The translations under genes were made by a program, and so were the position numbers. A stretch of 46,682 nt of DNA, taken from contig QMRW01000001.1 in assembly GCA_003650785.1 (NCBI GenBank), forward strand, positions 1-46,682, in the 5' to 3' direction. Below the pieces are notes generated by a model. It saw only the letters and a program-made list of their open reading frames with translations, was not told the DNA's origin and did no database searches. Positions 1 through 10,017 of the stretch are shown here, piece after piece (the stretch's first letter is position 1; every line of letters begins with the position of its first letter). This DNA is from Thermoprotei archaeon (lineage in GTDB: Archaea > Thermoproteota > Thermoprotei > Thermofilales > B20-G17).

Positions 1-1
1 A

Positions 2-436
2 AATAAGGTAGTTTCTGTATTTGTTGACTCAATAGATATGATAAGGGATTTATGTATAGTTGATAGGAAAGTAGAGAAATTCCTTAGGTTACTTCCAGAG
101 AGGGTCACGTTAATATTGAAGGCAAGGAGACCAGAAGTATTTCCGCGAGGTATTGTAACCCCTGATGGAAAAATCGGAATTAGACTGCCTCATCATCCCC
201 TACCACCATTAATAGTAAAGAGGATAGGTAGACCTATAACAGCTACCAGTGCTAATATATCTGGGTTCCCTCCAATATATGATAGTTCCAAGATACTCAC
301 CTCACTAAGAGGATTTGATCTACTAGTGGATGCTGGTATACTACCAAGGATACCTCCATCTACCGTAGTGGACTTGACCTGTAGACCTCCCAGAGTACTT
401 AGAAGAGGACCTTTAAATATAGACGTTTTAAAATAA
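2..436 (+). CDS. L-threonylcarbamoyladenylate synthase (YrdC/Sua5 family), C-terminal part; 5' end lies outside the window
   Basis: The frame is open from nt 2 (no stop before the ATG at 38). The translation contains RPITATSANISGFPP and PPSTVVDL, typical of the YrdC-domain core. Stop TAA at 434-436. Confidence 0.7.
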   Translation, partial: NKVVSVFVDSIDMIRDLCIVDRKVEKFLRLLPERVTLILKARRPEVFPRGIVTPDGKIGIRLPHHPLPPLIVKRIGRPITATSANISGFPPIYDSSKILTSLRGFDLLVDAGILPRIPPSTVVDLTCRPPRVLRRGPLNIDVLK

Positions 437-480
437 AGTGTTTCAGGTATGCGTAGCTCACGAATAAGAGGTGTAGTATA

Positions 481-1179
481 ATGATTATAATTGGACATCG
501 TGGTGCAGCTGGATACGAACCTGAGAATACTATTAAATCCATATTAAAGGGAATAGAGTGTGGAGCATCAGCAATAGAGGTTGATGTAAGGAGGACTAAG
601 GATGGAATAATGGTACTTATGCACGATGAGACTGTAGATAGGACCACTAATGGAGAGGGGAAAGTATCCGAGTTGACACTAGCTGAAATAAAATGTCTAG
701 ATGCTGGTAAAGGAGAGAGAGTACCTACGCTTTTCGAAGTATTTGAACTATTGAAAGAAAGAAATGTAATACTGCTCGTAGAGTTAAAGGAGATAGGGTA
801 TGAAGAGGAAGTAGTGTCTATGATAAAGGACTTTAACATGTTAGATAGAGTTTACATAACATCATTCCATAAGAGTGCACTTAATAGAGTGGTTGAGATA
901 GAACCAAATATGAAAACGGGTCTTATCTTTAGCTCGAATACCTTAAGGAACATGAAGATAGCAGAGGAATTAAATGTAGATGTAGTAGTACCTAAATATC
1001 AATTGGTAAATAGGAATTTCCTGAGGAGCTGTAGGAGGTTAGGATTTAAAGTATTCGTATGGACAGTGAATCGAGCGATAGATGTAGTGAAGTTCTATAG
1101 ATTAGGCGTAGATGGTATAGTAACAGATTATCCATGTATGGTTAAGAGGATTATCAATAACCTAATAAGTATGATCTAA
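481..1179 (+). CDS. glycerophosphodiester phosphodiesterase (GDPD family)
   Basis: N-terminal IIGHRGAAGYEPENT and HDETVDRTT motifs; 232 aa, the typical GDPD/UgpQ size. Confidence 0.85.
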   Translation: MIIIGHRGAAGYEPENTIKSILKGIECGASAIEVDVRRTKDGIMVLMHDETVDRTTNGEGKVSELTLAEIKCLDAGKGERVPTLFEVFELLKERNVILLVELKEIGYEEEVVSMIKDFNMLDRVYITSFHKSALNRVVEIEPNMKTGLIFSSNTLRNMKIAEELNVDVVVPKYQLVNRNFLRSCRRLGFKVFVWTVNRAIDVVKFYRLGVDGIVTDYPCMVKRIINNLISMI

Positions 1180-1192
1180 TGGATTTATCCTT

Positions 1193-2077
1193 GTGAGAAG
1201 AGGATTAATAGCCATATTAGTAACGGTGATACTATGGTCTTTAGGTATGGTACTTATAAAATTACTATCAAACTACTTTAGCGTAAATGTTCAAAATTTC
1301 TTCAGATATTCATCAGCTTCTATTACTCTATTAGCTATAAGTAGATTAAATATAAGAAAAATTCTAGCTAAAGAGCATATACTGGAGATAAGTACAGCAG
1401 CACTATTGATATTCCTATTCCAGGTATTAGCAGTAACTGGGCTTTATATGACGACACCTATTACATTCTCTATTCTCCTAAAGTTGAATATAGTGTTCAC
1501 CAGTATTTTAGCATATATTCTCTTTGAAGAGGAGAAGAAGCTCATTTCCAGTATAACCTATTTAATTGGTACAACATTAGCTAGCCTAGGAGCTGTGGGC
1601 TTTTCGATGCAAGAAACACATAGCAGTATAAGCCTAGATATAGGTGCTGTACTGGTCATAATTTCATCATTAATATGGTCTCTATACACTATAGTAGTGA
1701 AGAGATTGGTCGTTAAGGGCGATCCACTGACGATGACAACCATAGTGTACTCGATTGCAAGTATGTTATTTCTTCCCGTAGCCTTTTTAGAGAATTTCAT
1801 CCATCAGATAACTAGCGTTCCCATCGAGATTGTAGTAATTCTGGCGATCTCAGGCATAATCTCGGTAGGTATAGGGAATTGGATGAACTTTATAGCTATA
1901 AAAGATATAGGAGTATCCTTACCGACTATACTACAACTCCTGACACCAATACTAGTAGGCGTATTCTCGTTCATAATCCTAGGTGAGACTATAAGCATGA
2001 GAACCATGATATTAGGATTTATGGTAATTCTAGGTTGTCTGATGATAATTAAGAAATATAGAGGAATTATGTATTAG
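1193..2077 (+). CDS. EamA/DMT-superfamily transporter
   Basis: 294 aa, about 10 hydrophobic helices arranged as two similar halves. GTG start. Confidence 0.6.
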   Translation: MRRGLIAILVTVILWSLGMVLIKLLSNYFSVNVQNFFRYSSASITLLAISRLNIRKILAKEHILEISTAALLIFLFQVLAVTGLYMTTPITFSILLKLNIVFTSILAYILFEEEKKLISSITYLIGTTLASLGAVGFSMQETHSSISLDIGAVLVIISSLIWSLYTIVVKRLVVKGDPLTMTTIVYSIASMLFLPVAFLENFIHQITSVPIEIVVILAISGIISVGIGNWMNFIAIKDIGVSLPTILQLLTPILVGVFSFIILGETISMRTMILGFMVILGCLMIIKKYRGIMY

Positions 2078-2397
2078 GATTTAGGAGTACTAGCTCTACT
2101 TTGCTCTATTATCTTACCGACTAGGTCTAGGTAATCTGAGAATATATAGCATAGTACTCTATATAAAACCCTCTCCTCTTTAGTCAGTCTGTATATTATC
2201 TCTACATCTAGTTTCGGTTTTAAGAAGGCTAGTTCTATTATTTTCCACATTCTAATCATTGTAAGATCATAAAGATCTTGTTTACTTCCGACTAATTTAG
2301 CTAATGTACTTAACTTATCAACTGGTAATTTTATTAGATCCTTTCTTCTATTCTCTAACCACAATAACTTCTTAATACTTAGCTCTTCGTCTCTCAT
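2074..2397 (-). CDS. hypothetical small helical protein (weak resemblance to a GINS A-domain)
   Basis: 107-aa ORF filling the gap between the transporter and pheS. The pattern IRMWKIIELAF...LTKEERVLYRVL is reminiscent of the GINS/Sld5 helical domain. No firm motif. Confidence 0.4.
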   Translation of the reverse strand: MRDEELSIKKLLWLENRRKDLIKLPVDKLSTLAKLVGSKQDLYDLTMIRMWKIIELAFLKPKLDVEIIYRLTKEERVLYRVLCYIFSDYLDLVGKIIEQSRASTPKS

Positions 2398-2559
2398 CTA
2401 TTAGTTACATAATAATGGTATGTAAAAATATTTACTGAGAGTAAAGTGAAAGTATTGAGTACTAGAAATATTCGAGTAACAGTACATAGCTGCTCCATAC
2501 TTTATAGGAAACAGCACATAGTCTCAGAGACCCTTGCACATTCGTAAGAATGAGACATA

Positions 2560-4146
2560 GTGGTAAATGTTTTTATATGCTACTATTGTATAACTCACGG
2601 GTGCTGCGATGCACCAATTTCACTAAATGGACTAGTACTACCTGAGAGACAGTTCAAAATAGTAGAACTTCTCGTTAAAGGGATAAAGGATGTAGATTCT
2701 ATAGCCCTAGAAATGGGAGTCAATAGATCTGACATAATGAGAGATCTAGCAGAGCTTCAATCTAAAAACCTCTTGATAACCTCGTCCAGAGAGTATGAGA
2801 TTTTTGTACCTACGGAAGAAGGACTTAGATATGTCAAAATAGGGCTTCCTGAGGAAAGATTATTGAAAGTACTAGAAAAGATAGGGGATGTAAGTCTTGA
2901 TAAGATAGGAGAATTAGCTAAGCAAATTGATGTAGAACTAAAAGAAGAGGAGATTAAAATAGGTATAATACACCTGCTACGATACGGAATCGTTAAGGTT
3001 GAGAAAGGGATATTATCACTTATGGATAAAAGTAAAACTCCCCTCCTTTTAGAGAAGTGTGAATCTCTCAGGAGAGGCATATTGAATCCCGGTAATGCTC
3101 CAAATAATATACTTAGAGAACTTAAGAGGAGAGGACTACTGAAGAGGAAGATTAGGAAGTCTATTTGTATCGAACCTACAGAAAAACTTCTTGATCTTTT
3201 CAGAAAAAGGAAGATTAAACCAGCCAAGGTAGTAACAGAACTTACGAGTGATATTATAAGGTCGGGAGCCTGGAGAACTGCAATCTTTAAGCCCTACGAT
3301 CTTAAAGTGGAAGTTCCAACGGTATATCCGGGAAGAAAACAACCCTACATGGAACTACTGGAATGGATAAGAGAAATCCTTGTATCAATGGGTTTTGAGG
3401 AGATCAAAGGTCCCTATGTCGAACTCGAATTATGGAACTTCGATGTACTATTTCAAGCACAGGATCATCCAGCAAGAGAAATTCATGATACCTTCTTCGT
3501 AAGAGATCTTGGACCTGGGACCATTAAGGATAAGGTTCTCCTAGAGAGAATTAAAAGTGTACATGAAGACGGTTGGATTACGGGCTCTATCGGTTGGAGG
3601 TATAAATGGAGTATTGAAAAAGCCATGAGATTAATACTTAGAACTCAGACTACAGCAGTATCGGTTAGAGAACTCTATAAACGCGGTGATGGAGAATATA
3701 GATGCTTCTCCCTAGATAGGGTATTCAGACCTGAGACTCTAGATCCTAGGCATGCTATGGAATTCTATCAACTAGAGGGTATAATAGTAGGTAAGAGAGT
3801 GAAATTCAAGCACCTACTTGGTTTCTTTAATGAGTTTGCTAGAAGGCTGGGATTAGGAAGGGTGAAAATAAAACCAGCATACTTTCCCTTCACAGAACCT
3901 AGTGTAGAGGGATTCATAAAACACCCGGAATTAGGGTGGATTGAGGTGTTTCCAGGAGGTATGTTCAGACCAGAGGTTCTCTTACCCCTTGGAATTAGGG
4001 AATCGAAGGTAGCTGCATGGGGTATAGGTATAGATAGAATAGCTATGACAATCCTGGGAATAGATGACATAAGAGATCTATTTTCACAGGATATTGAAGT
4101 ACTGAGGAGAATGAAAGTACCAATGATTACCTCTGTACTCGGGTGA
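2560..4146 (+). CDS. pheS: phenylalanine--tRNA ligase alpha subunit (archaeal type); start codon uncertain
   Basis: Class II motifs AQDHPAREIHDTFF, FRPETLDPRH and GIGIDRIAM. N-terminal winged-helix repeats. Directly followed by pheT. Confidence 0.9.
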   Translation: MVNVFICYYCITHGCCDAPISLNGLVLPERQFKIVELLVKGIKDVDSIALEMGVNRSDIMRDLAELQSKNLLITSSREYEIFVPTEEGLRYVKIGLPEERLLKVLEKIGDVSLDKIGELAKQIDVELKEEEIKIGIIHLLRYGIVKVEKGILSLMDKSKTPLLLEKCESLRRGILNPGNAPNNILRELKRRGLLKRKIRKSICIEPTEKLLDLFRKRKIKPAKVVTELTSDIIRSGAWRTAIFKPYDLKVEVPTVYPGRKQPYMELLEWIREILVSMGFEEIKGPYVELELWNFDVLFQAQDHPAREIHDTFFVRDLGPGTIKDKVLLERIKSVHEDGWITGSIGWRYKWSIEKAMRLILRTQTTAVSVRELYKRGDGEYRCFSLDRVFRPETLDPRHAMEFYQLEGIIVGKRVKFKHLLGFFNEFARRLGLGRVKIKPAYFPFTEPSVEGFIKHPELGWIEVFPGGMFRPEVLLPLGIRESKVAAWGIGIDRIAMTILGIDDIRDLFSQDIEVLRRMKVPMITSVLG

Positions 4147-4150
4147 GATC

Positions 4151-5821
4151 ATGCCCATCATAGATATATCGAAAACCGATATGTTCGAGCTCCTAGGTAT
4201 GGAGCTCTCGGACTCAGAGATAGAACAACTACTGGCTAAACTGAAATGTGAGGTTGAGACTATAGAGAATGATATAGTATACTACGAGGCTACACACGAT
4301 AGACCGGATCTCTTCTCAGTAGAAGGACTAGTTAGAGCTCTTAAAGGGCTGATGAGACTAGAAGTAGGATTGAGGAAATTTGAGGTATATGATAGTAAAA
4401 TAGTGCTTAAGAATATGGGTCCTAAGTATAGACCGGTAGTCCTAGGGGCTACGGTTGAAGGACTGAAATTAAATGAGGAGGCTGTCCGACAAATTATGCA
4501 GATACAGGAGAAACTCCATAGTACGTACTGTAGAAATAGAAGAAAAGTCTCAATTGGTGTATATGATCTATCTACCATAACTCCTCCTATAAGATACATA
4601 GCAGCTGATCCGAGGACTGTGAAATTCATTCCTCTCGATATGGATAGGCTTATGACCTTGGATGAGATACTGGTAGAACATCCAAAAGGCATTGAATACG
4701 GCTATATCATTAAGGAGTATTCAAGGTACCCCTTACTTATAGATTCAGAGGATAGAGTACTATCAATGCCTCCCATAATAAATTCCGATGAGACTAAAGT
4801 GACTGAAGATACTGAGGAGGTATTTATCGATGTGACAGCAGTAGATTATAGAATGGCTATGGATATTCTGAGGGTCTTAGTCACTAGCATAGCTGAAAGA
4901 GGTGAGAAAATAGGTATAGTCAGAGTAATCGATAAAAATAACAGTATCTACAGCCCAGATATGAGTACTAGGACTATGAATTTAGAGACTGAGCTAATTT
5001 CAGACTTAGTGGGTATAAATCTCAGCCCAGAAAGAATAGTAGAACTCTTGAAAATTATGAGACTTGATGCTTATTGCGAAAACGAAGATCTTCTGAAGTG
5101 TAAGATTCCCGTATATCGATTGGATATTTTACATCCAGTAGATCTCGTTGAGGAAGTGGTTATGGCATATGGCTATGAGAATTTAGAGCCTGAACTTCTA
5201 CCCCCTGAACATAGTGGTATTGAGAAAGGCCTGGAGAGATTCACTAGAATATTAAGGGAAATTATGATAGGATTTGGAATGCAGGAGGTTGCTAATTATA
5301 TGATGACGAATAGAGATCTACTATATAGAAAGATGAACATAGAGGAATCACCAACCATAGAGGTAGTAAATCCTAAACAGGAGAAGTATTCATGCTTGAG
5401 GACTTGGATAGTACCACAGTTAATTGAAGTACTCTCAGCTAGTAAACACGCCGGCTATCCTCAGAGAATCTTTGAGATAGGAGATGTAGTTCACGTGGAC
5501 TATACTAGTGAAAACTTAACTAAACAGGAAAGACATCTAGCTTTTGTTATAGCTGATAGGGCTATAGGATTAACGGATGCACTCGTACTGATTAGATCTC
5601 TATTCAATACCCTTGGTCTTTCATATAGTCTTAGGGAGACGAAACATGGTAGTATGATAGAGGGAAGATGTGCCGAGATATTAGTAGAAGAAGAACCTAT
5701 AGGGATTGTCGGTGAGATTCATCCATTGGTGTTAGTAAACTTTGAACTAGAGGTACCAGTAGTGGCTTGCGAGATTAATATAGAACACTGTTTGAGGGCT
5801 GTATTATCTAGTTCTCGCTAA
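4151..5821 (+). CDS. pheT: phenylalanine--tRNA ligase beta subunit (archaeal type)
   Basis: 556 aa, starts 4 nt after the pheS stop. Archaeal/eukaryal beta-subunit length and B3/4-B5-like layout (HDRPDLFSVEGL near the N-terminus). Confidence 0.9.
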   Translation: MPIIDISKTDMFELLGMELSDSEIEQLLAKLKCEVETIENDIVYYEATHDRPDLFSVEGLVRALKGLMRLEVGLRKFEVYDSKIVLKNMGPKYRPVVLGATVEGLKLNEEAVRQIMQIQEKLHSTYCRNRRKVSIGVYDLSTITPPIRYIAADPRTVKFIPLDMDRLMTLDEILVEHPKGIEYGYIIKEYSRYPLLIDSEDRVLSMPPIINSDETKVTEDTEEVFIDVTAVDYRMAMDILRVLVTSIAERGEKIGIVRVIDKNNSIYSPDMSTRTMNLETELISDLVGINLSPERIVELLKIMRLDAYCENEDLLKCKIPVYRLDILHPVDLVEEVVMAYGYENLEPELLPPEHSGIEKGLERFTRILREIMIGFGMQEVANYMMTNRDLLYRKMNIEESPTIEVVNPKQEKYSCLRTWIVPQLIEVLSASKHAGYPQRIFEIGDVVHVDYTSENLTKQERHLAFVIADRAIGLTDALVLIRSLFNTLGLSYSLRETKHGSMIEGRCAEILVEEEPIGIVGEIHPLVLVNFELEVPVVACEINIEHCLRAVLSSSR

Positions 5822-6088
5822 CTTGTCGATATAGAGTACTAAACTAAAACCAAGAGTGTTACTATAGATCACATAAGAATAGTAAGGTTCGGAGTGATAG
5901 GTACTGGAATGTTGCTTGAGGGAAGTTATCACTTAGAGGATCACCTGGTATTCTGAGACCACCTTGAAGACTTCGAAAGTATCAACTTGATTAATCGTTT
6001 TTATAAACCAGGAATTGGATTATAATATAATCTTACCCCTAAGTTTCAATAGCGTAGGAGATTTTCTGATGAATAGAGATGATTTGAA

Positions 6089-7297
6089 TTATGGTCCAAT
6101 ATGTCCTAGGCTAGTTTGCACGATTACAAATTTCAATCCAACTTCATTTAGTATTTTCTTCACTTCTAGCATCTGAGAAGGAGAAGGTCTCTTTATATCC
6201 CTTCTCCTAAATATCGGAAAGTAGTCCAGTACGCATACTTGGATACTCTCATCTATGTCAGCAATCCTCTCACCTATTTCTCTAATTTCATCTAATGTCA
6301 TAAAGGCTGAATTATAAGGGATACCTACTCCTAGGTAAACCTCTTCTATATATTTATCACGAATATATTTTATAGCATTCCATGAGGTATTCAAATATTC
6401 TTCAGCTAGATCCCTATTCTTTATACCGGTTATCTTCATGAAGGTTTCTACTCTAATTCCCTTAGGCTCCACCCCTATGTTATTACAACCAGCGTTTACT
6501 AGCTCATCTATATAGTCCGGTTTAAGGACAGTACCATTGCTATCTAAATGTAGTCTTGTATCTTTCTCTTTGTTCATTTCTCTAAGATATTTGAAATATT
6601 CTACTAACCACCTCCTATTTATGGTAGGTTCTCCACCACTTATGGCTATACCTTTTACTTTGAAGTACTTTCTATAGTATGTTAATATCCTAGCAGCTTC
6701 TAGAGGTGTCATAGGAGCTGTAGTGTTGTCATAAGTGACATGGTAGTTCTGGCATTGGGGACATCTAAGGTTACATCCAGCTACCCATATGGCAACCTCA
6801 ACATACCTGTATCCTTTCTCGTACCAAGGTGTTGCTTTTCCTCCTACACTATGTGGTTCAGGACCATGGACTATTCTAAGAGGTTCCCTTCCATCTACAT
6901 CCGTTCTTATACTCATACCATCACGAACTGGCGTTATACAACTCCTCTCGAGCTCCCCGTCTATGAGTACAGCACAGCTCCAACATCCACCCGTTCTACA
7001 GGGTGCAGAGATCGAGTCTTTCTCAGGAAATCGTGTAACTCTATAACCTATTAATTCGAGTGCTCTAAGTACAGTTATCCCCTTTGGGACTTCATACTCT
7101 ATTCCATTCACTCTAATCCTCACTCTAGGTCTCTCCTCCTCAAGATAGATTATTTTTCTCGCCTCATAGGGGCATGCCCAGTAGCAACTCATACAACCTA
7201 CGCACTCATTTGGACTATGACATATGTTAGTTGTAGTACAGAAATTACAGTCTCTACAAACTTTCTTATCAATTACACACTTGATAAATTCCATCAT
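6089..7297 (-). CDS. radical SAM enzyme (PflA/activase-like core) with N-terminal 2x[4Fe-4S]-type and [2Fe-2S]-type Cys motifs
   Basis: CNLRCPQCQN (CX3CX2C) plus ISGGEPT. The N-terminus carries CRDCNFC...C and CVGCMSCYWACP, followed by CRTGGCWSC-x11-C. Confidence 0.8.
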   Translation of the reverse strand: MMEFIKCVIDKKVCRDCNFCTTTNICHSPNECVGCMSCYWACPYEARKIIYLEEERPRVRIRVNGIEYEVPKGITVLRALELIGYRVTRFPEKDSISAPCRTGGCWSCAVLIDGELERSCITPVRDGMSIRTDVDGREPLRIVHGPEPHSVGGKATPWYEKGYRYVEVAIWVAGCNLRCPQCQNYHVTYDNTTAPMTPLEAARILTYYRKYFKVKGIAISGGEPTINRRWLVEYFKYLREMNKEKDTRLHLDSNGTVLKPDYIDELVNAGCNNIGVEPKGIRVETFMKITGIKNRDLAEEYLNTSWNAIKYIRDKYIEEVYLGVGIPYNSAFMTLDEIREIGERIADIDESIQVCVLDYFPIFRRRDIKRPSPSQMLEVKKILNEVGLKFVIVQTSLGHIGP

Positions 7298-7405
7298 CTT
7301 ATTACTAGTATATGTATCTATAAGTATTGTACTGTTCTGATACTCATGGACTGGACTATGTTAACAGGATATCCACTACCATCTTCTTATGATAAATGAG
7401 GAAAA

Positions 7406-8521
7406 CTAACCTAGCTCTATCAATTTATAGTCTCTCCTACCTATGCCCAATCTTTCGCTTTCTTCCAGTAATATCCAGTACTTCACTCCAGGGTGTAGGA
7501 GTTTCACTTTATTCATGCCCGCCTCTATTCTCTCCAGGGTATTATTATCCCTGAAATAGTATCCTGGAGCACTATTGACGAGATCTAACGATGCCTGGTC
7601 TATCGCAACTGGATCATAGGATGTTAGCATACCTATATCCACTGATACTGGAGGCTCAAGTGATGTAGCACAATCACAGAATCTTGTAATTTCTACTAGT
7701 AGATTTACATAGAGTACCTTACCCTTCTCAAATGTCTTCAGGACTCCATAGGCTGCTTCAGCAGCTCTCTTAAGCATTTTTTCTCCATGTTTACTCGTTC
7801 CCCAGGGCATACGAACTGCTCCTTGTCTACATATAGCGACACAATCACCACACCCAACACACTTTTCATAGTCTATCACTGCCTTCCCTTTTCTTAGAGA
7901 GATAGATTCCCATCGGCAGTGTCTAATGCATAGTCCACATCCTATACATCGTTCTACTATTATTTCAGGTTTAGCTACAGCATGGATGTCGAATTTTGTC
8001 TTACGAGCTACGCATCCCATAGCTAGGTTCTTTAATGCTCCTCCAAAACCGAAGGAGACGTGAAATTTAAAATGTGATAAAACTACCATAGCATCAGCTT
8101 CAGCTATAGCTGAAGCTACTGTGACTGAACCTAACTCTCCAGGAGTCTTCACTTCTCTATAATCCCGTCCTAGAAGTCCATCTGCTATGATTATTGGTGC
8201 ATTAGTAGTCCCTATAGTAAAGCCGTTCATAGCTGCAGTCTCTAGATATTCCACAGCATTTCTTCTAGATCCTGCATAAAGAGTACTCGTATCCGTTAGA
8301 AAGGGTAGTGCTTTTTTCTCTTTAATATAGTCTACTATAGCTCTGACTATCTGCGTTCTTGGATGATGTATACTACCTCGTTCACCAAAGTGTAGCTTTA
8401 TTGCTACTAACTCCCCCTCTCTTAGATTATCCTTGAACTTGGTGACCCCAAGTAGTATTCTAGTATACTTAAATATATCATGAGTACGTTTAGTGAATTT
8501 AGTAAAGTATACTTCGGACAT
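7406..8521 (-). CDS. DUF362-family protein with inserted 2x[4Fe-4S] ferredoxin domain
   Basis: VAIKLHFGE..., FLTDT, IIADGL and FGGALKNLAMGC are typical of DUF362. Inserted CIGCGLCIRHC and CVGCGDCVAIC. Paralog at 21390-22499. Confidence 0.75.
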   Translation of the reverse strand: MSEVYFTKFTKRTHDIFKYTRILLGVTKFKDNLREGELVAIKLHFGERGSIHHPRTQIVRAIVDYIKEKKALPFLTDTSTLYAGSRRNAVEYLETAAMNGFTIGTTNAPIIIADGLLGRDYREVKTPGELGSVTVASAIAEADAMVVLSHFKFHVSFGFGGALKNLAMGCVARKTKFDIHAVAKPEIIVERCIGCGLCIRHCRWESISLRKGKAVIDYEKCVGCGDCVAICRQGAVRMPWGTSKHGEKMLKRAAEAAYGVLKTFEKGKVLYVNLLVEITRFCDCATSLEPPVSVDIGMLTSYDPVAIDQASLDLVNSAPGYYFRDNNTLERIEAGMNKVKLLHPGVKYWILLEESERLGIGRRDYKLIELG

Positions 8522-9112
8522 ATGATCTCATACTGGCTTATCCATAAAATAGTTATCTTTCAAGAACTCTATCCTAAACCATAGTATTCCATTAGTATTT
8601 GAGCAGATTTGTCTCACAGCTGTACAAAGCCTGCTTGTTAGTTTTATTACTCTGTTAAATAGGACTTCTACTTCTGGCTAGTTTCTAAATTCACTAGAGC
8701 AAGAGGATGAGTATGGACTGTTGAGTTTAACTAATGTGATAACCTCTATCTTTTTGTTAATCCGGCAGTAGTTTTTATAAAGTTGACCGTAAAAACTCCT
8801 TACTTTAGTGAAAGGATGAATTGTAGTATTTTAAGCGAGAGCTTAAGTACTCCCAATCCTAAATCCGGTTGGGATATTCCCGATAACTGAGCATCTGCTC
8901 TGAGATATACTAAGACTGTGGAGATAATCGATCGGATAACAAGTCTGATGGAATAAGGGAGTAGGGGTTTCTCTGAACCAGCAAATGAGAGGATAGACAT
9001 AAAGCCTATTCTAAATACCGGAAGCACCCTACTTAAGGAGGCTCATGAGCTTGAGGAAGTACTTTACCGTAAGGTTATTAAGTCGTAGCTTATTTCACTG
9101 CTGGGCTTACTA

Positions 9113-9943
9113 ATGCAAAGCCCGAAGTGCCAAGAATCGTCAGTGAAGATTGATTTTAATGCAGTAGACTTCCATTTGCATACTATGGAAACTCCCCTTC
9201 CTGGAGATATACCAATATATGATTTAATTAGAGAGTGTAGAAGGAGAGGATTAAAGTATATATGTATCGTAGATCACTGGAGAGAGACTACGGATCCAAG
9301 TATATTTGCGGAAGAAAGAGAGTTATTGGATAATATTGATCTAGGCTTGAGAGTATACTTATCTGCAGAGGTAGAAATACTTGATGAACAAGCTAGTAGT
9401 CCAGTAAACATAGAGGATCACAAGGATATTATCAGAAAACTAGATTTCCTTTCAGCAGCTACTCATCTAGGAGAATTTTTACCCAGTATCAGAAGGAGAG
9501 AGCTCCCAGGGAGTAAGGATAAATTCATAGAATATGTACACGAGAAGTTCATGAATATAATAAAAAATAACCTTTTTAAAATGATACTACACCCCACCGA
9601 TTATGGTCTCGGTGACTGTGTTCGCTTCGGGTTATGTAAATCCTACTCTATGGATAATGTACCAGAAGAATACATGGATGAATTTGTGAAGAACGTAGTA
9701 CACTATGATAAGGTGGTACAGATCAATGAACCTACAGCATTAAATCCACCTAGGGGTTACGAGATCTTCATAAGGAAAATGGTTGAGAGGAGAGTTAAAC
9801 TCACAGTAGGCTCTGATACACATTACCTAGAGGATTGCATACTCGGAAGACATAGGAAGTGGCCAGGAGGAACGAGGAGTGCAGTTAGGGTTATAAAGAG
9901 GTGTGGTGGCGATAGAAGCCTTTTATGGATCCCTAACCACTAA
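9113..9943 (+). CDS. PHP-domain metal-dependent phosphoesterase
   Basis: N-terminal VDFHLHT motif and internal IVDH and GSDTH His/Asp motifs, typical of the PHP/histidinol-phosphatase fold. Confidence 0.6.
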   Translation: MQSPKCQESSVKIDFNAVDFHLHTMETPLPGDIPIYDLIRECRRRGLKYICIVDHWRETTDPSIFAEERELLDNIDLGLRVYLSAEVEILDEQASSPVNIEDHKDIIRKLDFLSAATHLGEFLPSIRRRELPGSKDKFIEYVHEKFMNIIKNNLFKMILHPTDYGLGDCVRFGLCKSYSMDNVPEEYMDEFVKNVVHYDKVVQINEPTALNPPRGYEIFIRKMVERRVKLTVGSDTHYLEDCILGRHRKWPGGTRSAVRVIKRCGGDRSLLWIPNH

Positions 9944-10017
9944 ATTCTAAATTGTTCATAGCAGATTAATACGATAGAGTTTTAAAGATTGCGTGTCTTT
10001 AAGAATAGCATTAGAAG

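Noticed and set aside
399-839. Long antisense ORFs inside confident genes, for example 193-498, 399-839, 2757-3227, 4282-4692, 13187-13690, 20365-20913, 24647-25051, 33713-34069, 36699-37151 and 41318-41602.
   Set aside because: Their translations are Ser/Ile/Leu-rich and low-complexity with no motifs. Each lies opposite a gene with strong family signatures, which is the typical shadow-ORF pattern in AT-rich coding DNA.
5893-5933. 7-bp inverted repeat (AGTGATA...TATCACT) in the 267-nt convergent spacer after pheT, considered as an ncRNA or terminator.
   Set aside because: The loop is long (27 nt), there is no flanking oligo-T and no box motifs. Insufficient evidence.
8800-9027. 75-aa ORF in the 8522-9112 spacer.
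   Set aside because: No recognisable motif, odd composition and no plausible promoter spacing. I cannot support it as a gene.
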